A stretch of DNA of 64,000 nt from an uncultured delta proteobacterium (GCA_963761335.1 CAVXGR010000005.1:408980-472979), one strand, 5' to 3'. Counted from the first letter of the stretch, positions 28,653 through 43,746 are shown. Made by a program: numbers and translations. Notes: generated by a model not told the origin, from the sequence alone.

Positions 28653-31247
28653 TCAGTTGCTGCCGAAGCCGATGAAGCCGCCGTCGTTGTTCTTGCCGCA
28701 GTTCGGATACGCCGGGTCGCAGTAGTAATAGCCGATGAGGATGAACATCTCGTCCTCGGTGGTAACCCCGCCGGTGAGGTTACAGGCGTCGCACAGGCCG
28801 TCGTTGGCGCCGGGCGCGCTGTCGCAGGAGCGATCGCGCGCCTCCTTCGTGTTCGCCGTGCTGCACATCTGTCCCGGCTTGCCGCTGACGCAGCCGACCG
28901 GCATTCGGTCGACGAAATCGAACGGATTGTTGCGGCAGCGGTACGACGGGAAGGGTGGAGGCGGGACCGGTGAGGTGGACTGCCGCTTCACCTCGTCGAT
29001 ATTGGTGGCGCCGTTGTCGTAGGTGGCGCAGTAGTGATAGGTGCGCGTCGCCGGATCGGGGTTGTCGAGGACCACCTCCGGGCTGAAGTCGAGCTGCACC
29101 GGATCGTTGTACTCGGTGCTGCGGTAGATGAGCTGCCCGTTGGGATCCCAGATCTGGAAGAGCTTGCCGTGCTTGTGCATGTGCGAGCTCATCTCGAACA
29201 GGTGCGTCCCCTGCTCGAAGGTGTGGTCCCAGCTGACCTGATGCGTCTGGAAGGGCGGAATCATCGCGTATCCGGTGGGTGAGGAAGAGTCCGGCAGGAA
29301 CACCGTCTTGCTCGTCTCGATCAGGCCGCCGAGGACCGGGTACTTCTGCTCTTCCTTGGAGGCGAAGTCGAAGTTGACCCAGGCGCCCACCTTGCCGGGA
29401 CGGTTGGTGAGATTGAAGGCGTGCGAGTTCCACACGATGATGCCCTTGAGCGGCAGCTCGTTGTACACGCCCTGTGGCCAGTCGGTGGCGGAGTAGGGCT
29501 CCTGAGTTCCACCGAAGGCGGGTGCGGTGACGTCGTTGTAGTCCGGCGGCCCGAAGCCGATGCAGGCGATGGCGCGCTGTGCCTGGCTGCCGCAGACACC
29601 GCCGTCGCCGCAGAAGGTGAGGTTCATCGGGTCGCAGGTCTCGCCGTCATGCGGCCCGCCCTTGCAGGTCCAGGCTCCCCAACGGGGATCGTCCGGGCCC
29701 GAGGTGCCGTGGTACGAGTGGATGATCAGGTGATGGCTGAGGGGGTCCTGCACCTCGAGCTTGCGCTTATAGAGGAAGGTGCCGTGATCGGTCTTGGAAT
29801 CCTCGGGCACCTGGTCGGTGACGTCGTAGTACGAGGCGAAGCACACCTCCGTCTCGCTGTGCGCCGGCAGGGCGTTCTGCGGCATCTGGATCTGCACGCC
29901 GGTGCCCGCCGGCGGCGGCGCCGGGGGATCGATCTGGATCGGATCCGCAGGCGGCAGGCAGGCGTTGAGGAGATCGCCGGTGCCGGCGATGACGCCGGTC
30001 TTGGGGGCGCCCTGCTGGATCCACAGGCGCACCGCGTCCAGCTCGTTCGGCGTCAGCGGCGCCAGGCCGGAAGGCATCGGCGTGCCGGTGACGGTGTACT
30101 GGTCGGGGAAGGTCTTTGCCGCCAGCTTCAGGTAGAGGAAGCTGCTGTCGCGGTCGCCCGGATTGATGCGCTTCAGCGGGCTGCCGTCCGACGGCTGGTC
30201 GACCAGCTCGTCGTACGACTGCGGGGAGCGCAGGTCGAGGTTGCCGCTCTTCGAGCTGCCGTGGCAGATGTCGGTGGTGCAGCCCTTGTTCTCGAAGATG
30301 GCTTTCTGAATGAGCTCGTAGGTGCTGGCGAAGCTCTCGCAGCTGGTCTTCTGGCAGGAGTTGTCGCAGGCGTCGGCCTCGCTGGTGTTGCCGTCGTCGC
30401 ACTGCTCACCGGGTTCCTTGACGCCGTTGCCGCACACCGGCGCGGGGCAGGTGATCGCCGCCTGCACGTGGCTGGCGCCGACGATGCAGTCGGCGCGCCC
30501 GCCGAGGCGATCGAAGAAGTCCGACTGCGACATGCCGTAATCCCCGGCAAACTCCGCCGGCGTGCAGATCTGGTTGATCGCCGCCTCGGCGCGGCTGCGC
30601 AGATCGGCGATCTTCGCCTGGGCGTCGTCGAGCATCTGCTGCTTCTGCTCGATGGTCATCCTGGTCATCGCCACGATGTCGAGCGAGCGGGAGAGCTGGC
30701 GCAGGGCCATGCGCGCCACGCGCGAGGAGTACCGCGCCGTGGCCAGCAGGCAGGCGTCGCGCTTGGTCGTGCCGGGCTCGACCTGGCCGGTGAACATCGC
30801 CGGCCCGTACACCAGGGAGGTGGCGGCGTCCGACTGGTCGAGGCAGGTCTTGGTGACGTCCTGCACCACGTCGGGCATGCCGCCGAGATAGCCGAGGACG
30901 GACATGAGGTCCGAGTCGGTGCAGTTGTTGGTCACCAGCTGGCGGGCCTTCAGGGTGGCGCGGTCGAGCGCCGTCTGCAGGGTATCGGCTTCGCAGGGGC
31001 GGCCGACCAGGTCGCGGCTGGCGCAGCGAAAGCGCAGCCGGGTGGTGGTGTCAAAGCAGACGCGGGTCGCCCGCGAGATGGCGCGGTGGCACTTGAGCAC
31101 CGTGGGATTCTCGAAGCCCCCCCAGTACTCCAGAGGTGCGGGCGCTCCGTGCGCCCAGGAGAGCTGCGGCACGGCAGCCGCGAGGACGGCCAAGCCGAGT
31201 GCGGCTGCCAGCGTGGTACGCAGTTTGGTGCTCGTGGCGTTGACCAT
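28653..31247 (-). CDS. secreted Cys-rich protein: myxococcal Cys-rich repeat, planctomycete-type cytochrome c domain, copper type II (PHM/DBM-like) monooxygenase domains
   Basis: signal peptide; CGNGVKEPGEQCDDGN; CTTDICH..PGD..S.L..MP..WI.QGA; SHH, NSH, SHMH, DEM. Confidence 0.8.
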   Translation of the reverse strand: MVNATSTKLRTTLAAALGLAVLAAAVPQLSWAHGAPAPLEYWGGFENPTVLKCHRAISRATRVCFDTTTRLRFRCASRDLVGRPCEADTLQTALDRATLKARQLVTNNCTDSDLMSVLGYLGGMPDVVQDVTKTCLDQSDAATSLVYGPAMFTGQVEPGTTKRDACLLATARYSSRVARMALRQLSRSLDIVAMTRMTIEQKQQMLDDAQAKIADLRSRAEAAINQICTPAEFAGDYGMSQSDFFDRLGGRADCIVGASHVQAAITCPAPVCGNGVKEPGEQCDDGNTSEADACDNSCQKTSCESFASTYELIQKAIFENKGCTTDICHGSSKSGNLDLRSPQSYDELVDQPSDGSPLKRINPGDRDSSFLYLKLAAKTFPDQYTVTGTPMPSGLAPLTPNELDAVRLWIQQGAPKTGVIAGTGDLLNACLPPADPIQIDPPAPPPAGTGVQIQMPQNALPAHSETEVCFASYYDVTDQVPEDSKTDHGTFLYKRKLEVQDPLSHHLIIHSYHGTSGPDDPRWGAWTCKGGPHDGETCDPMNLTFCGDGGVCGSQAQRAIACIGFGPPDYNDVTAPAFGGTQEPYSATDWPQGVYNELPLKGIIVWNSHAFNLTNRPGKVGAWVNFDFASKEEQKYPVLGGLIETSKTVFLPDSSSPTGYAMIPPFQTHQVSWDHTFEQGTHLFEMSSHMHKHGKLFQIWDPNGQLIYRSTEYNDPVQLDFSPEVVLDNPDPATRTYHYCATYDNGATNIDEVKRQSTSPVPPPPFPSYRCRNNPFDFVDRMPVGCVSGKPGQMCSTANTKEARDRSCDSAPGANDGLCDACNLTGGVTTEDEMFILIGYYYCDPAYPNCGKNNDGGFIGFGSN

Positions 31248-31548
31248 TCAATCCCCCTGTGCGCAATCGGCGGGCCGCACCGCCTGAGATGCCCCCCGGA
31301 TGTAGACCTGTCACTTATGGCGAAGGTAGCGCTATTCTACAGGAACAGCGCTGGAATCATAGAGGATTCGGGGTGTTCTGCTCAGAAGCGGGTTCCATCG
31401 CCCCGAACCGCCGCCTGTACGGCAATGGGCGCAGCCGTCCCGGCCGCAGGGGAGCAAGACGAAAAGATGCGACCGGGACGGCCGCGCTCCCAGGTGGCTT
31501 TCTCTATTTCGCCCGCATGTGTATGACCGTAGGCGTGGTGAGCATCGG

Positions 31549-31764
31549 ATGACGAACTGGAAATCGGTGGCTCTGGCCGTGGTGCGCGTCGAGCGCGACG
31601 CGCCGCGCCCCTCGGACGACACCTTTCGCGAGGCGCTGGCCCGCGACCGCGCCACTCTGCACCTGCCGGCCGCCGACTCGGCCAGCGGCTTTGCCGTTGC
31701 CGGGCCCTATCACATCGCCGCCGGCGGCAAGGAGATCGACGAGTGGGTGGTATGGGAGAACTGA
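31549..31764 (+). CDS. small hypothetical protein (71 aa)
   Basis: typical codon usage; overlaps start of the downstream MaoC gene. Confidence 0.6.
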   Translation: MTNWKSVALAVVRVERDAPRPSDDTFREALARDRATLHLPAADSASGFAVAGPYHIAAGGKEIDEWVVWEN

Positions 31765-32633
31765 CCCCATTTCACGACCCCAACGGGGTGTTCGTCGGCC
31801 GGGATCTCGGTGGCCACGAGTACAGACCCTCCCCGCAAGCGGTGCGCCGCTACGCCGAGGGAACGGCCAGCGAGCACCCGTGGTACGGCGGCGCCTCTCC
31901 GTTCGGCGGCGCGGTGGCGCCGGCACTCCTCTATCACTCCGAGGTGTACGCCAACCTCGGCTGGTACCTGCCCAACATCTTCGGCAACCTGCACGCGCGC
32001 CAGGAATGGGAGCTCTTTCATCCGGCGCTCCTCGGCGAGCCGGTGCGCACCCGCTCGACGGTGGTGGCGCGTTACCGCAAGCGCAACCGCGATTACGTCG
32101 TCAACGAGGTGCTGATCACCGATGCCGGAGGGCGCTGGCTGCAGCGCAGCCGCACGCATCAGAGCTTCCTGGTCACCGACGGCGGCGCCGGCCTGGCCGT
32201 CGATCGGGAGCGGGAGAAACGCCCGGAGCGGGTCTTCCACATCGGCGAAGGCCCGGGCGCGGAGATCGGCAGCCTCTCGCGCCCCATCACCTTGGAGATG
32301 TGTCAGGCGTTCTCCGGCCCGGAGCGCAACTACCACACCGACCGCGAGATTGCCCAGGCTCTCGGCTTTCCCGACATCGTCGTCCAGGGAATGATGTCGA
32401 TCTGCTTCGTCTCCGAGATGATGACGCAGGCTTTTGGCGCCGGTTGGTTCTGCGGCGGCAAGCTCGACGTCAACCTCGTCAACGTCGTCTGGGTGGGGGA
32501 CGTGCTGGCGGTTCGCGGCAAGGAGCGCGAGGAGCTGCCCGAGGGCGAGCGCCGGCGCGTCGTCTGCGACGTCTGGTGCGAGAAGGCCGACGGCGCCAAG
32601 ACTCTGGTCGGCTCGGCGAGCGCGCTTCGCTGA
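31752..32633 (+). CDS. double hotdog-fold MaoC-like dehydratase
   Basis: LHARQEWE..P; NYHTD..A..LGFP..VVQGMM. Confidence 0.85.
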   Translation: MGELTPFHDPNGVFVGRDLGGHEYRPSPQAVRRYAEGTASEHPWYGGASPFGGAVAPALLYHSEVYANLGWYLPNIFGNLHARQEWELFHPALLGEPVRTRSTVVARYRKRNRDYVVNEVLITDAGGRWLQRSRTHQSFLVTDGGAGLAVDREREKRPERVFHIGEGPGAEIGSLSRPITLEMCQAFSGPERNYHTDREIAQALGFPDIVVQGMMSICFVSEMMTQAFGAGWFCGGKLDVNLVNVVWVGDVLAVRGKEREELPEGERRRVVCDVWCEKADGAKTLVGSASALR

Positions 32634-32644
32634 AGGGGGAGCCC

Positions 32645-33673
32645 ATGGCCAGCACCCATCCGATCGTTCTGATCCCCGGCGACGGCATCGGCCCCGAGGT
32701 GACCGCCGCGGTTCGCCGCGTGCTCGCCGCGGCGGCGGCGCCGGTGGAATGGATCGAGTGCCGGGCGGGCCTGGCCGCCCTCGAGGCAGGCCTCGAGGTG
32801 CTGCCGCAGGACACACTCGACGAGATCGAGCGCCGGCACTTCGCTCTCAAGGGGCCGTGCACCACCCCGGTGGGGGAGGGCTTCAGCTCCGTCAACGTGC
32901 AGCTGCGCAAGCGCCTGCATCTGTACGCGGCGGTGCGTCCGGTGCGCAACGTCGAGGGCGTGCCGACGCGCTTCGACGGCGTCGATCTGATCATCGTGCG
33001 CGAGAACACCGAGGGGCTCTACAGCGGGGTGGAGAACCAGGTGACCGACGACGTGGTGATGAGCATGAAGGTCGCCACCGAAAGCGCCTGCAATCGCATC
33101 GCCCACTGGGCCTTTCGTTTCGCGACGCGCCGCCGCCGCCGCAGGATCACCGTCTTCCACAAGGCCAACATCATGAAGATGACCGACGGTCTCTTCCTGC
33201 GCGCCGCGCGCCGGGTGCACCAGCGCGACTACCCGAACATCGAGTACCAGGAGGTGATCATCGACGCCGGCTGCATGAAGCTGGTGCAGGACCCGCGGCA
33301 GTTCGACGTGCTGCTGCTCGAGAACCTCTACGGCGACGTGGTGAGCGATCTGTGCGCCGGTCTCGTCGGCGGGCTTGGGGTCGTTCCCGGGGCGAACTAC
33401 GGTGACCACCATGCGGTCTTCGAGGCCGTGCACGGCTCGGCGCCGGACATCGCCGGCAAGGGCGTGGCGAATCCCCTGGCGCTGCTGATGTCCGCCGTCA
33501 TGCTCCTCAACCACTTGGCCGAGGAGCTCGACGACCCGGCTGCGGGTGCCGCCGCGGCGCGGATCAAGACGGCATACGACCAGGCCCTGCGCGACGGCAG
33601 GAAGACGCGCGATCTGGGCGGCGACCTCGGTACCGAAGGCTTTGCCGACGCCGTGATCGAGCGCCTGCGCTGA
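32645..33673 (+). CDS. NAD-dependent isocitrate/isopropylmalate dehydrogenase family (IDH3-like)
   Basis: IPGDGIGPEV, SVNVQLRK, RENTEGLYSG, HKANIMK, NLYGD..SDLCAGLVGG, FEAVHGSAPDIAG. Confidence 0.93.
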   Translation: MASTHPIVLIPGDGIGPEVTAAVRRVLAAAAAPVEWIECRAGLAALEAGLEVLPQDTLDEIERRHFALKGPCTTPVGEGFSSVNVQLRKRLHLYAAVRPVRNVEGVPTRFDGVDLIIVRENTEGLYSGVENQVTDDVVMSMKVATESACNRIAHWAFRFATRRRRRRITVFHKANIMKMTDGLFLRAARRVHQRDYPNIEYQEVIIDAGCMKLVQDPRQFDVLLLENLYGDVVSDLCAGLVGGLGVVPGANYGDHHAVFEAVHGSAPDIAGKGVANPLALLMSAVMLLNHLAEELDDPAAGAAAARIKTAYDQALRDGRKTRDLGGDLGTEGFADAVIERLR

Positions 33674-34462
33674 TCACGGCGCTGCCGGTGTCGGCGCCCC
33701 GGCGTCGATGGTGGCCAGGTCGTTGACGCCTTCCGCCAGCGCCCGCACGTCTTCGTCCGGATCCTGCATCGCCTTCTCGATCAGCGGTCGGGCGCGATCG
33801 TCGTCGATGTCCGCGGCGATGCTGACCGCCTCGAAGCGGATCTCCGGGTCGGGGTCGTCGAGGGCAACCGACAGCGCGTCGATCGGCATCTCGTCGCTGA
33901 AATCGGAGAGCGACTCGATGGCGGCGAGCCGCACCTCCGGATCGCTGTCGGAGAGTGCCTGGGTCAGCACCGGCACCACCGGCTCATCGTCGAGGCTGGC
34001 GAGCAGCCACACCGCGACGATGCGGTTTTCCGGGTCGTCGTCCTTGAGCGCCGTCTTCTTCAGGTTGTCGAAGTCCAGGTCGTCGTCGGCGTCGGCGAGG
34101 GCGGCCGGCAGGGGAGAGCGCGGCGCCCGGGCGCCAACCGCAGTCGGCGGCGCCGCGACATGACCCGCGGGCTGCGTGGGAAGGGGCCGCTCCTTGAGCT
34201 CGCGCAGCGCCTCGGCGCGATCGAGAACGGCATTGTCCCCTTGCTGCATCCCCCCCTGCCGCCCCTCCAGCGCCGCCTGTCGCTCCTCGCGCAGCTGCGA
34301 GAGACGCTCCTGCACGCGCTCGCTCCGGCTGCTCGGGGTCACCAGCGCCACGGGAGGCGGCGGTGCCCACAGGCGAGTGCCGCTGGCGAACCAGATCACC
34401 GCGACAAGGGACACGGCGATGAGGGCCAGGCCGACCTTGGCTTCGGTGGACAGGTTCTTCAT
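33674..34462 (-). CDS. membrane-anchored HEAT repeat protein
   Basis: N-terminal TM; repeats AL.D.DPEVR..A. Confidence 0.85.
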   Translation of the reverse strand: MKNLSTEAKVGLALIAVSLVAVIWFASGTRLWAPPPPVALVTPSSRSERVQERLSQLREERQAALEGRQGGMQQGDNAVLDRAEALRELKERPLPTQPAGHVAAPPTAVGARAPRSPLPAALADADDDLDFDNLKKTALKDDDPENRIVAVWLLASLDDEPVVPVLTQALSDSDPEVRLAAIESLSDFSDEMPIDALSVALDDPDPEIRFEAVSIAADIDDDRARPLIEKAMQDPDEDVRALAEGVNDLATIDAGAPTPAAP

Positions 34463-34533
34463 GGGGCTCCTAAGGTGCTCTCAGATCCGGTCGCCGAAGG
34501 CAAGACGAAGGGGTCCTGCGGAAGGGCAGCGGT

Positions 34534-36513
<1,980 letters not shown>

Positions 36514-36521
36514 GATCGGGA

Positions 36522-36550
36522 AATCTAGCGGCGGCCGTCGAGGGGTGCAA
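36522..36550 (-). promoter_or_regulatory. sigma70 promoter giving a near-leaderless ABC-F mRNA
   Basis: TTGCAC-17 nt-TAGATT, 8 nt before GTG, no SD. Confidence 0.55.
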
Positions 36551-36560
36551 GCGCCGAGGT

Positions 36561-36780
36561 GGGGACAGCGCCTCATGAGCCTTGCGGCTCGCCAGCAGAC
36601 GATGAAAATGAGGCTGGGGATCTGCCTTGTAGAGAGATTTGGCGGTTCTCGCCTGGGCGAAGTTCGCCCCGGAGGGGCGGTGGCGTGTAGCCCCGGGTGA
36701 AACCCGGGGAAAGATGCGCGCTCCGTCATAGGCGCCCCGCCAGGGGCGCGGGCAAGTTTTCGTCGATGTCACGCCTGTAC
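36561..36780 (-). repeat. composite repeat, second copy of 26051-26269
   Basis: colinear match over ~220 bp with scattered substitutions. Confidence 0.85.
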
Positions 36781-36845
36781 GCCGATGCTCACCGCTGGGT
36801 GCGTGGGAAGCTCATCGAGGTGATTGACGCGGCCTCTACGCCTGC

Positions 36846-37030
36846 GCCCCTGCGGGGCGCTGATCTGGGCCAATCGGAACGCGGTCCCCGGGTTAACACC
36901 CGGGGCTACATGCCCGCGCCCCTCCGGGGCGATAAGCCTCCACACCGAGCGCCGGGGCTCCGACAGACCCTCCGGGGCGATAAGCCTCCACGCCAAGCGC
37001 CTGGGCTCCGACAGACCCTCCGGGGCGATG
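36846..37030 (+). repeat. REP/MITE-like half element followed by ~49-bp tandem repeats; second copy at 44397-44548
   Basis: CCCCGGGTTAACACCCGGGGCTACATG then CCCTCCGGGGCGATAAGCCTCCAC repeated. Confidence 0.85.
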
Positions 37031-37192
37031 AGCTCCACCCCAGTGCCGAGGCTCCGCCAGACCTTCACCCAACAGACTTTCGAAGCAGTGCATCATGAGC
37101 CTTGCGGTTCACCAACAGACGATGAAAATGGACGGCGTCCTGATTCACTGATCAGACGCTTGCGATGATACTTCCGCGCCACGGGGGCGGGT

Positions 37193-37336
37193 CTCCTCTC
37201 CCCGCATCTTTCCGCGGGGAGAGGATCAAGGTGAGGGGTTCCTGTCTCACTGAAAGCTCGTGAATCTCCACGGCCTTCACAGAGGCTCGGCACCCTCACC
37301 CTGACCCTCTTCCCGCCAAGTAATGCGGGAGAGGGA
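37193..37336. repeat. inverted pair of CCCTCACCC.ACCCTCTCCC..GGGAGAGGG-type hairpin repeats
   Basis: CCTCTCCCCGC..GCGGGGAGAGG..GGTGAGGGG facing CCCTCACCCTGACCCTCTTCCCGC..GCGGGAGAGGG. Confidence 0.7.
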
Positions 37337-37377
37337 ACGCGCCCCCGAAGCGCACACCCAACAGATTTCGAAGCAGC

Positions 37378-37446
37378 GCACCTTTTCGGCGGCGAGTGGC
37401 GGGGCTCGCATGGAGAGATGCTTGCGCCGAAAAGGAGCCAGTCCCC
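37378..37446 (+). repeat. GGGGACAGGCACC... family, copy 3 (5' truncated)
   Basis: GCACCTTTTCGG...CCGAAAAGGAGCCAGTCCCC. Confidence 0.75.
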
Positions 37447-37552
37447 TCGTCCCCAATTGAGGCGCTCGCTGCCCCCTGCTACGATCGGCGCCGCTGCGCG
37501 AAAGGGGGGGTCCCGAGCTGGACCCGCCCTCGTCGTGCATCTGGTGTATTCG

Positions 37553-41046
<3,494 letters not shown>

Positions 41047-41050
<4 letters not shown>

Positions 41051-42045
41051 CATCGAGTCCATGGAAAGCGAAGCTCGCTCCACAGCGCCGCCGTCGGCAC
41101 CTGGCCTGTCTCGTGGCCTTGCTGGCCGGCGCGGCGCTTTCCGCCGGCGCCGGCGGGGCTGCGGCCATGATCGTCAACCGCATCGTCGCCACCGTCGACG
41201 GCGATCCGATCACCCTCTACGATCTGAAGAAGTTCGTGCAGAAGCACACCAACGGGCAGCTTCCCCCGGGCATCACCTACGACTCTCCGACGGTGCTGCA
41301 GCCGTGCATCACCGAGCGCATCGTGCAGAAGGAGATCAGCGATCAGGGGATCGTCATCCGCGACGAGGACGTCGACAAGCAGATCCAACACATCATGGCC
41401 CAGAATCACCTCACCCCCGACCAGTTCCAGCAGGCTGTGGCCGCCCAGGGCATCAGCATGGATGAGTTTCGCCAGCGCCTGAGGGAAGAGATCGAGAAGG
41501 CGCAGCTCATCAACCGCGAGATCCGCGGCAAGGTGAACGTCACCCCGGAGGAGGTGCAGCGCTACTACGAGGCCCACAAGGACGAGTACGCCACCCCGGG
41601 GCAGGTGCACGTGCGCCATATCGTTCTGCGCCTCGACCCGAACGCCTCTCCCGAGGAGGTGCAGAAGGTCATGGATAAGGCGGCCGAGCTGCGCAAGCGC
41701 ATCGAGGACGGCGAGGACTTTGCGACGCTGGCGAAGCAGTACTCGGAGGGTCCGGCGGCCGCCAGCGGCGGCGATCTCGGCAACCTGAAAAAGGGCGAGA
41801 TGCTCGACGAGTTCGAGGCGGCGGTGGACAAGCTGAAGGTCGGCGAGGTGAGCCCGCCGGTGCGCACCTCCGTCGGTGTGCACCTGATCATGCTCGAGGA
41901 GAAGAGCGGCGAGGGGCACACCGGCATCGCCGAGCTGCAGGGCGAGATCAAGGACAAGCTCTACAACGCCGCCCTCGAGGAGCGCTATCAGCGCTGGCTG
42001 ACGGAAGACCTGCCACAGCGGCACCACGTCGAGATCCGCCCGTGA
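41047..42045 (+). CDS. surA: SurA-like periplasmic peptidyl-prolyl isomerase
   Basis: signal peptide; RIVATVDGDPIT; parvulin HIV..FATLAKQYSE..GGDLG; mfd-surA-pdxA synteny. Confidence 0.88.
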
Positions 42046-43025
42046 GCCGCCCGCTGATCGCCATCACCCAGGGCGATCCGGCGGGTATCGGTCCGGAGGT
42101 CACCCTGCGGGCGGTGGCGCGGCCATCGCTGCGACGGCGCATGGCGCCGCTGCTGGTCGGCGACGTGGACGTCTTTGCTGACGCGGCCCGCCGTCTGCGG
42201 TTGCCTCTGCGGCTGGTGCCGTCCGCCAGCGGCGAAGCAGTGCCCGCGGGCGCCATTCCCGTTCTGCGGGTGACTTCGCTGGCGCGCCGCGATCGTCTCC
42301 CCCGGCGGCCGACGGCGGCCGGCGGCGACTCCGCCTATCGCGCCATCATTGCCGCCGTGGGCGCGGTGCGCGGCGGGCGCGCCGCGGCGATGGTGACGGC
42401 GCCGATCAGCAAGGAGAACCTGGTCGCGGCGGGTCATCACTTTCCCGGCCACACCGAGCTGCTCGCCGAGCTCGGCGAGGCCAGGGCAGTGCGTATGATG
42501 ATGGCGGCTGCGGACCTGCGCGTCGTCCTGGCGACGACGCACGTGCCACTGCGGGCCGTTCCGGAGCTGCTCACCCGATCATTGGTGCTCGACACCATTG
42601 TGATCGCCGACGAGGCACTGCGTCGTCATTTCGGTATCAAGCGGCCGCGGCTGGCGGTGTGCGGGCTCAACCCCCATGCCGGAGAGGGCGGCCTCTTCGG
42701 CAACGAGGACGACCGCATCATCCGCCCCGCAATCGCCGCCGCCAGCGAACGCCGCATCCGCGCCGCCGGCCCGCTCCCCGCCGACACGGTCTTTGCGCGC
42801 GTGCACCAGGGCGAGTTCGACGCGGCGATCGCCATGTACCACGACCAGGGTCTCGGCCCCTTCAAGCTGCTGCACTTCGCCGACGGCGTGAACGTCACCC
42901 TCGGCCTGCCCTTCGTGCGTACCTCCCCGGATCACGGCACCGCCTTCGACATCGCCGGCCGCAACCGCGCCGATCCGGCGAGCATGATCGCCGCCATCGA
43001 GATGGCCGCGCGGCTGGCCGGGTGA
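42042..43025 (+). CDS. pdxA: 4-hydroxythreonine-4-phosphate dehydrogenase
   Basis: GDPAGIGPE, GHTE, NPHAGE, MYHDQG, RTSPDHGTAFDIAG. Confidence 0.96.
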   Translation: MSRPLIAITQGDPAGIGPEVTLRAVARPSLRRRMAPLLVGDVDVFADAARRLRLPLRLVPSASGEAVPAGAIPVLRVTSLARRDRLPRRPTAAGGDSAYRAIIAAVGAVRGGRAAAMVTAPISKENLVAAGHHFPGHTELLAELGEARAVRMMMAAADLRVVLATTHVPLRAVPELLTRSLVLDTIVIADEALRRHFGIKRPRLAVCGLNPHAGEGGLFGNEDDRIIRPAIAAASERRIRAAGPLPADTVFARVHQGEFDAAIAMYHDQGLGPFKLLHFADGVNVTLGLPFVRTSPDHGTAFDIAGRNRADPASMIAAIEMAARLAG

Positions 43026-43126
43026 GGGCGAAGTTCTCGAGCCCCGGTTCTGAGAAGGGAGCAGGCATCACATTCTTCCGTGCCCGCGCCCTCGCCGATC
43101 CTGTCCCGTGAACGGAGCGTTTCGAA

Positions 43127-43687
43127 TCAGACCGGAGCGTTCTTGGCCTTCGGCGTCGGCCCCATCAGTATCTTGAACACTTTCTTCGCGTCGTCGGGGT
43201 CCTTCACCATCGCGCCCGGCTGATCGTGGTGCTTCATCTCCTTGTCGTCTTCAGTGAACTCTCGCGTGGTGGCGCAGTACTCGAGCAGCAGCCCATTGGG
43301 ATCGCGGAAGTAGATCGATCGGCACCATTCGTGGTCGACCACCGGGGTCACCTCGATGCCGCGCTCGAGGAGCAGGGCGCGCTTCGCTTCGAGCTGCGAA
43401 ACGTCATCGCAGTGAAACGCGAAGTGATAGAGCATGCCGGGCAGATTCTGCGCGCTGTTGATGTCGGTCGCCCACTCCTCGGGTATGCCCGGCACCTTCT
43501 CGGGGCACATGAACGCCACCAGCGTGCCGTCGCCGGTATCCATGAACACGTGCTTGATCCTGCCGCCTTCGGGAGGCTCGATGATGTCCGCCCAGGCAAC
43601 CTTGCAGTCCAGCTTGGTGGTCCAGAAGTCGACAGTCCGATCGAGGTCGAGTGTTGCGAGGCCGAGATGATGAATGCCGGTTTTCAT
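43127..43687 (-). CDS. VOC/glyoxalase family protein
   Basis: GIHHLGL, YHFAF, SIYFRDPNGLLLE; AGGAGG RBS. Confidence 0.92.
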   Translation of the reverse strand: MKTGIHHLGLATLDLDRTVDFWTTKLDCKVAWADIIEPPEGGRIKHVFMDTGDGTLVAFMCPEKVPGIPEEWATDINSAQNLPGMLYHFAFHCDDVSQLEAKRALLLERGIEVTPVVDHEWCRSIYFRDPNGLLLEYCATTREFTEDDKEMKHHDQPGAMVKDPDDAKKVFKILMGPTPKAKNAPV

Positions 43688-43717
43688 AGCAACCCTCCTG
43701 AACGTTCGTTGAGTCCA

Positions 43718-43746
43718 CTTATAGGGAGCGAAAGGAATCGCGTCAA
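43718..43746 (-). promoter_or_regulatory. sigma70 promoter of the VOC gene
   Basis: TTGACG-17 nt-TATAAG. Confidence 0.6.

Noticed and set aside
36921..37030. Mini CRISPR of 49-bp period
   Set aside because: The whole unit is repeated, without unique spacers, and the same block recurs at 44.5 kb
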